Origin: an uncultured Gammaproteobacteria bacterium
GTDB taxonomy: Bacteria > Patescibacteriota > Microgenomatia > UBA12405
Direction: 5' to 3'
DNA length: 28,594 nt
Assembly (NCBI GenBank): GCA_964502975.1
Contig: CAZCYK010000002.1
Location: 1 to 28,594 of the forward strand
The notes below the pieces were generated by a model, which ran no database searches, was not told the origin of the DNA, and saw nothing but the letters and a program-made list of their open reading frames with translations. Below, one piece after another: positions 8,701 to 17,300 of this stretch. Position numbers and translations under genes: made by a program. Positions within the stretch are counted from its first letter, which is position 1; each line of letters starts with the position of its first letter.

Positions 8701-8806
8701 GCAGCCAGTACAAGTGCAACCGGTGGCGAGTATGGTGGGAGGAAAACTGTTGTTTAACCAAAAACTGAATAAGGATATAAAGATGGGAATAGAATTAGCG
8801 AAGTAG
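5765..8806 (+). CDS. Fusion: degenerate NAD-dependent epimerase (SDR)-like N-terminus, acidic linker, single TM, coiled region, DUF4012-like domain
   Basis: ALIIGIDHFVAKNLAQELVNKDIRVVGV (Rossmann-like) and VYGVGM; TM WWVFLLIIIILFLV; DUF4012-type YMVLFQNESELRPTGGFIGSY, RDANWQPDF, VDGVIGVD and EANLGVNKAN. Confidence 0.8.
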   Translation: MNQGLPSALIIGIDHFVAKNLAQELVNKDIRVVGVGGYVPGLSDLTNFEWAGELGEVEGHFSYVFDFCGDKKDWEKVEAEKYVLVSVNDKSRSMLLNNEVESWSVDWRIVETEGVYGVGMGEDSFLSQTIRLAVQNKNLELPSPKKTIRLLAIADLTEAILRATFLSGTEREKFLVLGKEINFEELAKILMDKAKMTRFKVIEIEKVIDQGDSVEAQKCEKKLRWEAKIKFEEGVEEALQYFFSKMDEENRLKKKMKASSADKYAILAGKQKEEKKNKMYDVAIEEENFDQINPFIKKNNTLYEEVEDELVTPTEEEKEEIYIPKLIDYSTHLTKKEEKIEESEVKTVEVEKEKKEAEDNDYIEEESEDFFEIPKINSEAKPKEEIKDNKKNHKRKFNLTKISRKWWVFLLIIIILFLVEPIRWVVGTTQSVNNIKQIPELVKTKKYLQAEKMADKSIEKLNRIDEKINDWSLNKFKTFRNYQTGIKVGGDVLLLEKRAIELARIADLMSEAMFFEKTINWSDELEQLENQLIQAEGNIGVLQARLNGDYSWIPAKWKMDAQKQMKMVEEVRGQLEVMRRFVKVVPEFLGIEGKTKQYMVLFQNESELRPTGGFIGSYGILKFENGRLLGLDVKDVYEADGQLKGHVEPPWEIKTVLNEAKWFMRDANWQPDFTKTSADIQWFLEKETGQKVDGVIGVDLAVAKSFLKVVGEIYVPDFKETINEANLYEQAEFYAETKFFPGSVQKASFLGAVGKQLFEGIKSLNIEKKAALMQSMVGLLEQNEIQIALNHKETAQIITNLGWDGKIYNGKCGVGDCITDYLFVVEANLGVNKANYFLNRNIEQTVNIGPNQIERILKINYENTAKNNNWPGGDYKNYLRVYLPKDVSLSQIKVTDAGDVSNFKIYNNNELRIKEVDGKKEVGFLVIVPTLKKRVVEISYSSKIDLVGKTKFNYISYIQRQSGSGETGLVSLITYPSDWQPVQVQPVASMVGGKLLFNQKLNKDIKMGIELAK

Positions 8807-8812
8807 TTGAGG

Positions 8813-8926
8813 AGATAAGTAGATGAGTAGATAAATAGATAAGTAGATAAATAGATAAGTAGATGAGTAGATAAATAGATAAGTAGATGAGTAGATAAAT
8901 AGATAAGTAGTAAGTAGTAAGTAGTA
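8813..8926 (+). repeat. Tandem array of twelve 8-bp units (agataagt/agatgagt/agataaat, 24-bp higher-order period) followed by agtaagt 7-mers
   Basis: Units counted directly from 8813 to 8908; there are no unique spacers. Confidence 0.92.
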
Positions 8927-8946
8927 ATAAAGATAGATTTTTTTTA

Positions 8947-9061
8947 TTGACTCGACAATATTTTTAGCCATATTACCTTGGCTTGATAGTATTTTTACCG
9001 TCCTCGCACCATCGTAAAATCCACTCAGAGGCTTGCGGGCGGAAAAATACTATCTTCGCCA
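8947..9061. repeat. Long hairpin element (copy B) preceded by an unpaired TTGACTCGACAATATTT arm
   Basis: ggc-TT-gatagtattttt...aaaaatactatc-TTC-gcc (12-bp perfect stem); loop accatcgtaaaatccactcagaggc identical over 25 nt to 9631-9655. Confidence 0.82.
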
Positions 9062-9068
9062 GTTAAAC

Positions 9069-9077
9069 TGTTAAAAT
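9069..9077 (+). promoter_or_regulatory. Extended -10 (TGtTAAAAT) 5 nt upstream of ATG 9083
   Basis: cTGtTAAAATtgcatATG. Confidence 0.6.
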
Positions 9078-9082
9078 TGCAT

Positions 9083-9478
9083 ATGAAAAATGTGGTGGAG
9101 GATTTTGTTTGTGACCCGCCTTCGTTAAAAACTTCGGCGAGGCAAGGAGTGTTGCGGAATTTTAAGAAAGTTAGAGAAAATTTTAAGTGTGAGAATTGTG
9201 GGTATTTGGTTAAAGGTGACGGGTATACAGATCATTGCCCAAAATGTTTGTGGGGGAAGCATGTCGATGAAGAGATTCCAGGGGATAGAGCCAGTATGTG
9301 TAAAGGTTTAATGAAACCGATTAGAAGTGAATATCAAAATACAGATTTTAAAATTTTTTATAAATGTGAAAAATGTAATCATAAGTTTTGGGTTCATGCC
9401 GCCGTCGCTAAAGCTAAGGCGAGCCAAGGTGTAAGTGAAGGTGATAATAGAGATTTATTGGTAGAATTGGGGATTTAG
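9083..9478 (+). CDS. RNHCP-domain Cys-rich (putative zinc-binding) protein with two in-frame palindrome insertions
   Basis: FKCENCG...YTDHCPKCLWGKHVD..PGDRASMCKGLMKP...YKCEKC. ATG 9083 is preferred over TTG 9077, which overlaps the -10 box. Confidence 0.88.
   Translation: MKNVVEDFVCDPPSLKTSARQGVLRNFKKVRENFKCENCGYLVKGDGYTDHCPKCLWGKHVDEEIPGDRASMCKGLMKPIRSEYQNTDFKIFYKCEKCNHKFWVHAAVAKAKASQGVSEGDNRDLLVELGI
9116..9147. repeat. Short palindromic element (family B), in frame, encodes PPSLKTSARQG
   Basis: ccgccttcgttaaaaacttcggcgaggcaagg; 25/32 identical to 9399-9429. Confidence 0.75.
9399..9429. repeat. Short palindromic element (family B), in frame, encodes AAVAKAKASQG
   Basis: ccgccgtcgctaaagctaaggcgagccaagg. 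Confidence 0.75.
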
Positions 9479-9590
9479 TTGATTAGATAAGTAGATAAGA
9501 AGTTGAGAAGTAAAAAATGTTACGGTATAAAAACGGTTAATATGCGGAGAATGGATTAGTTTATTAGTTAATTAGTAAATAGTAAATAAA
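9476..9590 (+). repeat. Two degenerate 7-8-bp tandem tracts after the RNHCP stop
   Basis: tagttgat tagataag tagataag aagttgag ... ttagtttattagttaattagtaaatagtaaat. Confidence 0.6.
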
Positions 9591-9599
9591 TTTTTTTGT

Positions 9600-9686
9600 T
9601 TGACTCGACAATATTTATTTCGGGCTTGCAACCATCGTAAAATCCACTCAGAGGCATCGCCCTGCAATAAACATTGTCTGCGTCAA
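9600..9686. repeat. Long hairpin element (copy C), 87 nt, TTGAC...GTCAA ends
   Basis: TTGAC-TC-GACAAT-a-TTTATT-tc-GGGC...GCCC-tgc-AATAAA-c-ATTGTC-TGC-GTCAA. Confidence 0.85.
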
Positions 9687-9721
9687 ACCGTAGTTATAAA
9701 ACAAATTAAGGTTGGTTTGGA

Positions 9722-9730
9722 TGGTATAAT
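9722..9730 (+). promoter_or_regulatory. Extended -10 (TGgTATAAT) 6 nt upstream of the ftsH ATG
   Basis: aTGgTATAATgggagcATG. Confidence 0.75.
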
Positions 9731-9736
9731 GGGAGC

Positions 9737-11761
9737 ATGAAATTATTTGATGATTTGATTAAAAAAGTCCTTCGACAAGCTCAGGATAAAAAGGTGGGTA
9801 AAAAAATAAATAATACTGACGAAAAGGTTAATACTGGTGATAAGAAAAACAAAAATAAGGATGGTAAGACAGGGAATAGTAACCCGCCAAAAGCTGACGC
9901 ATTTGGGCGGGCAGGAAACGATTTTATGAAAAATTTGCCACCTGGAGTGAAGATTAAGCGGATTGAAGTCGGGCCAAAACAGATAATAAAAAGTGTTATT
10001 TATTTGGTTTTGTTTTTTTCGTTATTGTCGTTTTTAAAAGATTTTTTGGTAGCTGGGGGAGTAACTCAAGTACCAATTTCTAAGTTGATTGAGGGAATTA
10101 AAAACGAAGAAGTGGTTAAAGTGGTAGTATCGGACAATGAGATAATTGCCGAAACAAAAGATGGTGAAAAAATATTAATTACTTCGAAAGAACCAAATAT
10201 CTCTCTAACAGAGATATTGCAAAAAGAAGGGGTAGATTTGAGTAAAGTTGATTTTAGAGTCGATAATAAACAGGGCTGGAAAATGATGGGGCAAGTTTTC
10301 AGTTTGTTGTTGACCATAGCACTACCCTTGATGTTGATTTTGTGGTTTTTTAAGAAACAAAGTGGGGGTGCAGGTGGCGGGGGAATGTTTGGTTTTGGAA
10401 AATCAACAGCAAAATTGTTTATCAAAGGAAAACAAAACTTAACTTTTAAGGATGTGGCTGGGGTCAAAGAAGCCAAGGATGATTTGATGGAAGTAGTCGA
10501 TTTTTTGAAACACCCAGAAAAATATCACAAAATGGGAGCTAGAGCTCCAAAAGGAGTATTGTTGGTAGGCCCAAGCGGTGTGGGAAAGACCTTGTTGGCT
10601 AAGGCTGTTGCTGGTGAAGCAAACGTACCCTTTTATTCGATGGCTGGATCAGAATTTATGGAAATGTTGGTCGGGGTGGGAGCATCGCGGGTTCGCGATT
10701 TGTTTGGAACTGCTAAAAAAGCTGGCAAGGCAATTATTTTTATTGATGAAATTGATGCTATTGGTCGAATACGGGGAGGAATGGATGGTGGACATGGAGA
10801 AAGAGAACAGACTCTTAATCAAATTTTAGTGGAAATGGATGGATTTGAAGCAAACACAGCAGTGGTGGTATTGGCGGCGACTAACAGAGGTGATTTGCTG
10901 GATCCAGCGTTGCTGAGACCTGGTCGATTTGATCGAAGAGTGGTGTTGGAATATCCCGATTTGGAGGCCAGAAAAGATATTTTGGCAATTCATGCTCGTG
11001 GTAAACCTTTTGAAGAGAGTGTTGACTGGGACGTGGTGTCAAAAGGGACTGTGGGTTTTTCGGGGGCAGATTTGGAAAATATGTTGAATGAAGCGGCAAT
11101 TGCGGCAGCCAGACAAAACAAAGAAAAAATTAGTATGCAGGACATTGACGATGCATCGTTAAAAGTAAAATTGGGAGCAGAAAAGAGACGAACTCAAACT
11201 GATGATGACAAGCTGATGACGGCATATCATGAGGCAGGACATGCAATTGTAAACTATGTTGAAAAACTAGATCCAGTATCAAAGATTTCAATAATTTCTC
11301 GGGGAATGGCACTTGGGTTTACTTTGATACCTCCTCAAAAAGACGTAATTCATCAAACGAAAAGTAAGCTAATTAAACAAATGGCGATGGCAATGGGAGG
11401 AAGAGCGGCTGAAGAAATAATTTTTGGAGATATTACCACTGGAGCCTCAAGTGATATATCACATGCGACTAATATTGCTCGAGAAATGGTAGTTCAGTGG
11501 GGGATGTCGGATTTGGGGCCAATAAATTGGGGGCCACAAATTGATATTAATGATTTTGGAAAAGCTTATATGGAACCTTCAAAAATTTCTGATCAGATGC
11601 AGTCGAAAGTTGATGAAGAAATCAAAAAATTGATTAATGAAGCACACCAGGAAGCCAAAAAGGTTTTGTCTAAAAATAAGGGAAAATTGGAAATACTGGC
11701 CAAGACATTGGTAGAAAAGGAAAGTTTGGGTCAGGAAGAGTTTGAAGAGATAATGAAGTAG
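9737..11761 (+). CDS. ftsH: ATP-dependent zinc metalloprotease FtsH with a long N-terminal cytoplasmic extension
   Basis: Two TMs; Walker A GPSGVGKT; Walker [10 protein letters not shown]; pore FMEMLVG; [23 protein letters not shown]; HEAGH zinc motif. Confidence 0.97.
   Translation: MKLFDDLIKKVLRQAQDKKVGKKINNTDEKVNTGDKKNKNKDGKTGNSNPPKADAFGRAGNDFMKNLPPGVKIKRIEVGPKQIIKSVIYLVLFFSLLSFLKDFLVAGGVTQVPISKLIEGIKNEEVVKVVVSDNEIIAETKDGEKILITSKEPNISLTEILQKEGVDLSKVDFRVDNKQGWKMMGQVFSLLLTIALPLMLILWFFKKQSGGAGGGGMFGFGKSTAKLFIKGKQNLTFKDVAGVKEAKDDLMEVVDFLKHPEKYHKMGARAPKGVLLVGPSGVGKTLLAKAVAGEANVPFYSMAGSEFMEMLVGVGASRVRDLFGTAKKAGKAIIFIDEIDAIGRIRGGMDGGHGEREQTLNQILVEMDGFEANTAVVVLAATNRGDLLDPALLRPGRFDRRVVLEYPDLEARKDILAIHARGKPFEESVDWDVVSKGTVGFSGADLENMLNEAAIAAARQNKEKISMQDIDDASLKVKLGAEKRRTQTDDDKLMTAYHEAGHAIVNYVEKLDPVSKISIISRGMALGFTLIPPQKDVIHQTKSKLIKQMAMAMGGRAAEEIIFGDITTGASSDISHATNIAREMVVQWGMSDLGPINWGPQIDINDFGKAYMEPSKISDQMQSKVDEEIKKLINEAHQEAKKVLSKNKGKLEILAKTLVEKESLGQEEFEEIMK
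9769..9785. repeat. Short palindrome-type element in frame in ftsH (LRQAQD)
   Basis: CCTtcgacaagctcAGG; GC-rich island in an A-rich stretch; single copy in the window. Confidence 0.5.
9883..9915. repeat. Short palindromic element in frame in ftsH ([11 protein letters not shown]); inverse-orientation relative of the element nested at 228-266
   Basis: CCCGCCaaaagctgacgcatttgGGCGGGcagg; its reverse complement starts cctgcccg..aaatgc and ends ggcggg, like 227-265. Confidence 0.7.
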
Positions 11762-11805
11762 AGAAGTAGTTGAGTAGATGAATAGTATTTAGCTGAAAGA
11801 GGAGG
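11759..11805 (+). promoter_or_regulatory. 8-bp tandem tract from the ftsH stop, then an SD-like GAGGAGG (11799-11805) 7 nt before ATG 11813
   Basis: tagagaag tagttgag tagatgaa tagtattt ... GAGGAGGggaaaaaATG. Confidence 0.55.
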
Positions 11806-11812
11806 GGAAAAA

Positions 11813-14287
11813 ATGATATTATCAATCATGAAGTTTGTTGTATGGCATTATTTAATTGGATGGAAATGGTATTGGAAAAGATTTTGGTTTAATATCAAAA
11901 AAATAAGTCATTTTTTTTCTTTTGGAGTATTACTAAAAACACTATTTTCTCCTTGGAAAAGAATAACCTCGAACGATGATAAAGTTGGTTTTGACTTAGC
12001 AAAATTTTTTGAGAATTTGTCCTTAGATTTAATTTCGATATTTATTGGAGCAATAGTAAGATTAGTATTAATCGTTAGTTTTTTGATTTTAGTAATTGGA
12101 TATTGTGTATGGTCATTAATTTGGTTTTTGGTATGGTGGGCGATACCAATTTTTGGTTGGGAGTATTATCAGGCCGACAAAAAAATATCGGGTGACACAT
12201 TGCAAAATATTGGGAATAATATAAAAAATAATCCAGAGATTGCTGGCAAAATAATTTTTGAAAGTGAGGCAGGTAAATTTATTTTAGACAGAATGGAAAA
12301 TAATATTAGGGAAATTGTTGAAAACATAGAAATAAACAAAGAAGACTTGGTTGACTTTGATGATTCTACATTGGAAAAATTAGTAAGATGGTTTTTAACA
12401 AAAGCCAAGGAAGTGGAGACGGAACTTCAAAAACAGGAAACAAATACAGAAGAATTAGTTTTGGCGGCTAAATGGTGGGATAGAAGACAATTTTTTGGAG
12501 GAGAAAAAATAATGGATAAATGGGAACTAGGAAGACCAGGAATAGGCTTGGATTTGTTGTTTGGTTATACACCAAACCTAGATAAATATGGTGATGATTT
12601 GGGTATGAAACAAAAATTTTCGAGTAATTTGATTGGTAGAGAAAAAATAGTAGAAAAAATGGAAAAAATAATCAACGCTGGTAATAATATTTTGTTGGTG
12701 GGAGACCCAGGGGTAGGGAAAATGACAGTAGTCTATGAATTTGCTGATAGAGCAATTACAGGTAAGTTGGGGAAAGAATTGACATATAAAAAGCTGGTTT
12801 TGTTTGATTATAGAATGGCGATGGCAGGGAATAGTGATACTGATGCAAAAAAGAAAATATTGTCGAAATTAATGCGAGAAGCTGAGAGGGCAGGAAATAT
12901 TGTGTTAGTATTGAAAGATATTTCTCGGATTACTAATCCTGAGGTAGAAGGCAATGACTATACTGACGTAATTGAAAAAAATATGGAAAGTGGTCGATTA
13001 AAAATAATTTCGGTGGTTGATAGAGTTAGTTATGAAAGATTTTTGGCTAGTGATAGAAGAATTTTGAAAAATTTTGAAATAGTGGAAATTTTACCATCGA
13101 GCAAAGATGAGGCATTGTTGATTTTGATGCAAGCGGTTGATAGGCTTGAACTTAAAAATAATAAGATTAGATTTTCAGTACAAGCGGTTAAACAAATTTT
13201 AGAGGGAAGTGACAAGTATATTACTGATACCCCTTTTCCAGAGAAAGCTTTGGAATTGATGGAATTGGTGGTGGAAAATGAAATACTTGACGGGTCAACG
13301 ATAACAAAAAATGAAGTGAATAAAGTGTTGTCAGAAAAAACTGGAATATCAATGGTACGGTTGACTGAGTTGGAAAAAGAAAAATTGACAAATTTAGAAG
13401 AAATTATAAGTCAAAATTTGATTGGACAAAAGATGGCAGTGGACTTGGTGGCAAAAAGCTTAAGAAGTCGAGTAGTGGCATTGGGTAATGAAAAAAAACC
13501 AATTGGTTCGTTTTTGTTTTTGGGGCCAACGGGTGTGGGTAAGACAGAAATGGCAAAGGTATTGGCAGAGGTGTATTATGGGTCAAGAGAAGAGATTTTG
13601 AGATTTGATATGGCGGAATATGGGGGAAATGAGGGAATGGAGAGGTTGGTTGGATCGGTTGTTAAAAATCAGCCAGGGATAATGACTAAAGATATTAAAA
13701 ATAAACCAGCTAGTTTGTTATTGTTGGATGAAATTGAAAAAGCACCAAAAGAAATTTACAACTTGTTTTTGACAATGTTGGACGAAGGTTATATTAGTGA
13801 TGCCGCTGGAGACAAGGTTGTTTGTCGGCATTTGTTTGTGGTGGCGACATCAAACGCTGGGGCGACTTTTGTAAGAGAGGAAATAAAAAAAGGAATAACC
13901 GGGGAGGAGCTTCAAAAAAGGGTGGTGGAATATATTCAGAAAGAAGGTATTTTTTCACCAGAATTTTTGAACAGATTTGATGGGGTAGTGGTGTTTGAAC
14001 CACTGAAGCCAGAAAATTTAAAATCAATTGCTAGACTGATGTTGGATGGGTTTAAAAATGATTTGTTGAAGAAAAGCATTAATTTGGAGTTTGATGATGG
14101 GGTAGTGGAAAAATTGGCTAAAGATGGATTTGATATGGAATTTGGAGCTAGGCCGATGAGGAGAATCGTGGAATTAGTGCTGGGTGATTTGATTGGGGTA
14201 GGGATATTAAAAAATGAGATTAATGCGGGAGATAAGATAAGATTGATAGTAAGTGAGAAAAATATATTTGTAATTGAGAAAATGTAG
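11813..14287 (+). CDS. Clp/Hsp100-type double-AAA+ ATPase with an N-terminal membrane domain; NBD1 degenerate
   Basis: NBD1: LIGRE, LVGDPGVGKM, FPEKALEL. NBD2: FLFLGPTGVGKTE, RFDMAEY, LLLLDEIEKA, ATSNAG, PEFLNRFD, GARPMRR. Trp-rich hydrophobic N-terminal ~120 aa. Confidence 0.88.
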   Translation: MILSIMKFVVWHYLIGWKWYWKRFWFNIKKISHFFSFGVLLKTLFSPWKRITSNDDKVGFDLAKFFENLSLDLISIFIGAIVRLVLIVSFLILVIGYCVWSLIWFLVWWAIPIFGWEYYQADKKISGDTLQNIGNNIKNNPEIAGKIIFESEAGKFILDRMENNIREIVENIEINKEDLVDFDDSTLEKLVRWFLTKAKEVETELQKQETNTEELVLAAKWWDRRQFFGGEKIMDKWELGRPGIGLDLLFGYTPNLDKYGDDLGMKQKFSSNLIGREKIVEKMEKIINAGNNILLVGDPGVGKMTVVYEFADRAITGKLGKELTYKKLVLFDYRMAMAGNSDTDAKKKILSKLMREAERAGNIVLVLKDISRITNPEVEGNDYTDVIEKNMESGRLKIISVVDRVSYERFLASDRRILKNFEIVEILPSSKDEALLILMQAVDRLELKNNKIRFSVQAVKQILEGSDKYITDTPFPEKALELMELVVENEILDGSTITKNEVNKVLSEKTGISMVRLTELEKEKLTNLEEIISQNLIGQKMAVDLVAKSLRSRVVALGNEKKPIGSFLFLGPTGVGKTEMAKVLAEVYYGSREEILRFDMAEYGGNEGMERLVGSVVKNQPGIMTKDIKNKPASLLLLDEIEKAPKEIYNLFLTMLDEGYISDAAGDKVVCRHLFVVATSNAGATFVREEIKKGITGEELQKRVVEYIQKEGIFSPEFLNRFDGVVVFEPLKPENLKSIARLMLDGFKNDLLKKSINLEFDDGVVEKLAKDGFDMEFGARPMRRIVELVLGDLIGVGILKNEINAGDKIRLIVSEKNIFVIEKM

Positions 14288-14301
14288 TTGCAAGGAAATT
14301 T

Positions 14302-14310
14302 TGGTATAAT
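14302..14310 (+). promoter_or_regulatory. Extended -10 (TGgTATAAT) 6 nt upstream of ATG 14317
   Basis: tTGgTATAATttagatATG. Confidence 0.75.
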
Positions 14311-14316
14311 TTAGAT

Positions 14317-17300
14317 ATGAGTGAAAGAGGGCCTGAAGGGATAAAAATAACAATGGATAAATTGGCTAATTCTGCCGGCAATGAAGGAGTTAGAAAAGGA
14401 GAATTATCAGCATATGCAGAGAAAAAAAACGCAGTGTCTCAGCCTTTGGATGAAAAGGGTTATCTGGGTCCAGACTATGATAAATTTTTGAGAAGATTAG
14501 TGGTTGATGTGACGATTGGTTTAATCGATCTTGATAAAAACAGAGCAGGACATGAAGGTGAAGTTGATAGTGCTTCTGAATCTTTGGTTCGTTCTAAGTT
14601 TGGGGTGGGTAGCGTGAGTGAATTTAAGGATAGAATTGATGCTCAAAACTATAACTCTGGAGCCGTGACGAGATCTTATGAGAGGTTAACAAAATCGGTA
14701 AAATTGTTTCTTAATAAAAAAGGGTTTAGTGATGAAGCGTTGAGTACTATGTCGCCGCAAGAAATTGATGCCCAACTTTTTAGAAATTTTGAAGGGATTG
14801 GTTCGGATGTTAAAAGGGTATTGGTCGTGGATGGTCAACTGAAAACAGTTTTGAAGAAAGTCGATAATGTTCTAAATCGTGTGGAAATTTTAGATCAGGG
14901 TAGAAAGAAAAAAATGGACCTTAAAACAATTGATAAGGCTATGGATAAGGCTGAAGAAATTTTAGTTGGAAAAGCGATGGGAGATGATGCTTTGAAAAGA
15001 CAATCAGAATTGGTTATCGATTATTTGACTATATTAAAAAGAGAAGTTGATCAGGGAAAAGGAGATGCTGAAGTTGAAGATTGTATTGTGGGTTTTATCG
15101 GAGAACATATTCTAAGAAAGGGATTAACTCTTGATGATGAAGGTAATCTTAAGAGTACTAATGGAGATGATTTTACTTTATTAAAAGATGAGGAGGGAAG
15201 GACTCGGTATTATGACAATGGAGAAAAAATGTATATACATCCGGAAATAGTAAGGTGGATGAAAAAAAGAAATGAAAATATAGAGGATTTGATAATGATA
15301 ACTAGTAATGGGGAATTTAGTGATATAAGAGAGATAGACGCTGTTCTTAATAATGAGAATGAATTTATTTTGGATGATTATATTAGAAATAAGTATGTGG
15401 AAGGGAATGATTTGGGTAGAGGGAAAAAGGCGGATTTGTTGGTTATCAAAGATCAGCTGGGAAGATGGTTTTGTGATGCAATTAGAGATAGTGGTGATGA
15501 GACAAACAGAACTGTTTTGGGGACTTTAAACGCTTATAAAATTGAAAATTTATTACCCATGGGAGCAACAGGACTTGGGGTGGATATTGTTATAAATGTG
15601 TCAAATGATGTGTTGATAAGAAAAGCCCTGAAACAGGTTTGTGCTATAGATATGAAGAAAGGATCTTTGGGAGAACGAGAAAATATTGATGGTTTTTCGT
15701 CCATTGAGACTAAAAAGAACTCAATGGGAGAAATTAAAAGAATAATTGAGAAGATAACTGGCGATAATAAACGATATTTAGAGGGGGATAATAATTACCG
15801 GACAGAAGTTGACGGACTAGTAAGGCTGCTTAATGAGAGAGTTGTAAAATATGATCGATTGATTGCCCACCAAGAGAAAGTGGGTAGATATGGAGAACAG
15901 ATTCCAACTGAACCAGAACGAGTAGGAGAAAGGTTGCTGTATGCTAGAAAATTACTTGATTATGTTGAAGATAGCGGTTCTCCTCCTGGTAGTTTAAATA
16001 TTATGGATCAATGTACGAGACTATTTGAAATGTCTAGATTAGACTCTGTGGAACAAGAAATAAAAGATGAAATTCATGCGAGATTACATTTGGCTTTTAT
16101 GTTTTATCATATGCATGCTGCTGGTGGGTTGTTGAATAATAGGGGGCAGAGTATCGAAGACGCACACGAAAAGGGTTATGCAGACGGAATGTTGTTGGAC
16201 AAAATAACAATGGACTTTTTACTTAAAAATGGAGCAAATGGACTTCCGGTGGCCGAATGTTGGGATGCGATTGAAGAATTAAATTTTGGTTGGGAAAACG
16301 GAAAACCAGTTAAGGATAATGATAGTTATTTTAGGCTGTTATCGTTAATGGTTGGAATTGACTATACTAAAATTCAATATGAGAATGGGGACAGAGAGGG
16401 CAAAATCTCTTGGGAAAATAGTAAAGACGCGTCTTTGCCAATAACCGTGGATAATACAGAGGGTAAATTTCTAATTTCGATGAAAGAAAATGGTTTGAAG
16501 TTTTTGGGAGTAAAAGGAGAATTGACTGATGAAGCTTACTTGGCTAAATGGAATGAGATTGCGAACCCTTATGAAGTTAAAGAGGAACAAATTACATATA
16601 GACAAAAATTTGTGGGTGATTTTTATAAACTTCAAAATCCGGAATCCTTTTTTTGGGGAAAAGGAGCAGAAAACGCAATGAGGTTTAATTATTTTACAGA
16701 TATTAGTTCTGGTAGAAAGGGTATGGTGAAAGATTTTTTATTAACTGACATAAAAGAAAAAAGAGAAGCCAAAAATATTGGGAAATCTGAGACAGAAAAA
16801 TTGCCAACAGACAAAAAGTCTTTGGAGAAAGGTTTTGAATTGGCTGAAAAACTATTAGAAGCAACAGCTGAGACTTCGGTGTTTAATCCTTGTTTTGCGG
16901 GTCATAATGATTTTTCAGAATTGATTTTGACTGAAGCGAATACTAAGGATAGACAAAAGAAGATGAAAGTGATTGGTATGAGAGTAGCAATGGCTGATAT
17001 TGTTAGTTTTTATACTACCTGGCCAAGATACATAGCAGGCAATAAAGATAGTGATAGAAGAAGTGTGTTTAAACCACTTTATGCCGAACAAATTAAGACA
17101 GAAAGAATGGATAACCCTAAAAATGATTCTTATTTTTTGATGACGGCCATTTTGATAAAAAAGATTTTACCGGTGCAAGCATTTTTAATGAAAGAGGATA
17201 TCGGTAGTAAAGATTTATTGACGGTGGAATTTTGGAAAAAATTATATGATCCAATTTCGAAAGTAATTAGTTATGGCCAAGATGTTTTGACAGATCCTGA

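Noticed and set aside
8813-8926. Possible CRISPR array
   Set aside because: Units are 8 bp and contiguous with no unique spacers; no cas genes in the window.
9600-9686. Known riboswitch (e.g. c-di-GMP-I, SAM, TPP) upstream of ftsH or RNHCP
   Set aside because: I could not match any consensus on either strand, and the element lies upstream of the predicted -10, so it would not be in a leaderless transcript.
11813-14287. Calling the gene clpA/clpB/clpC
   Set aside because: It lacks the Clp N-repeat domain, M-domain, IG[FL] loop and GYVG pore loop, so no symbol was assigned.
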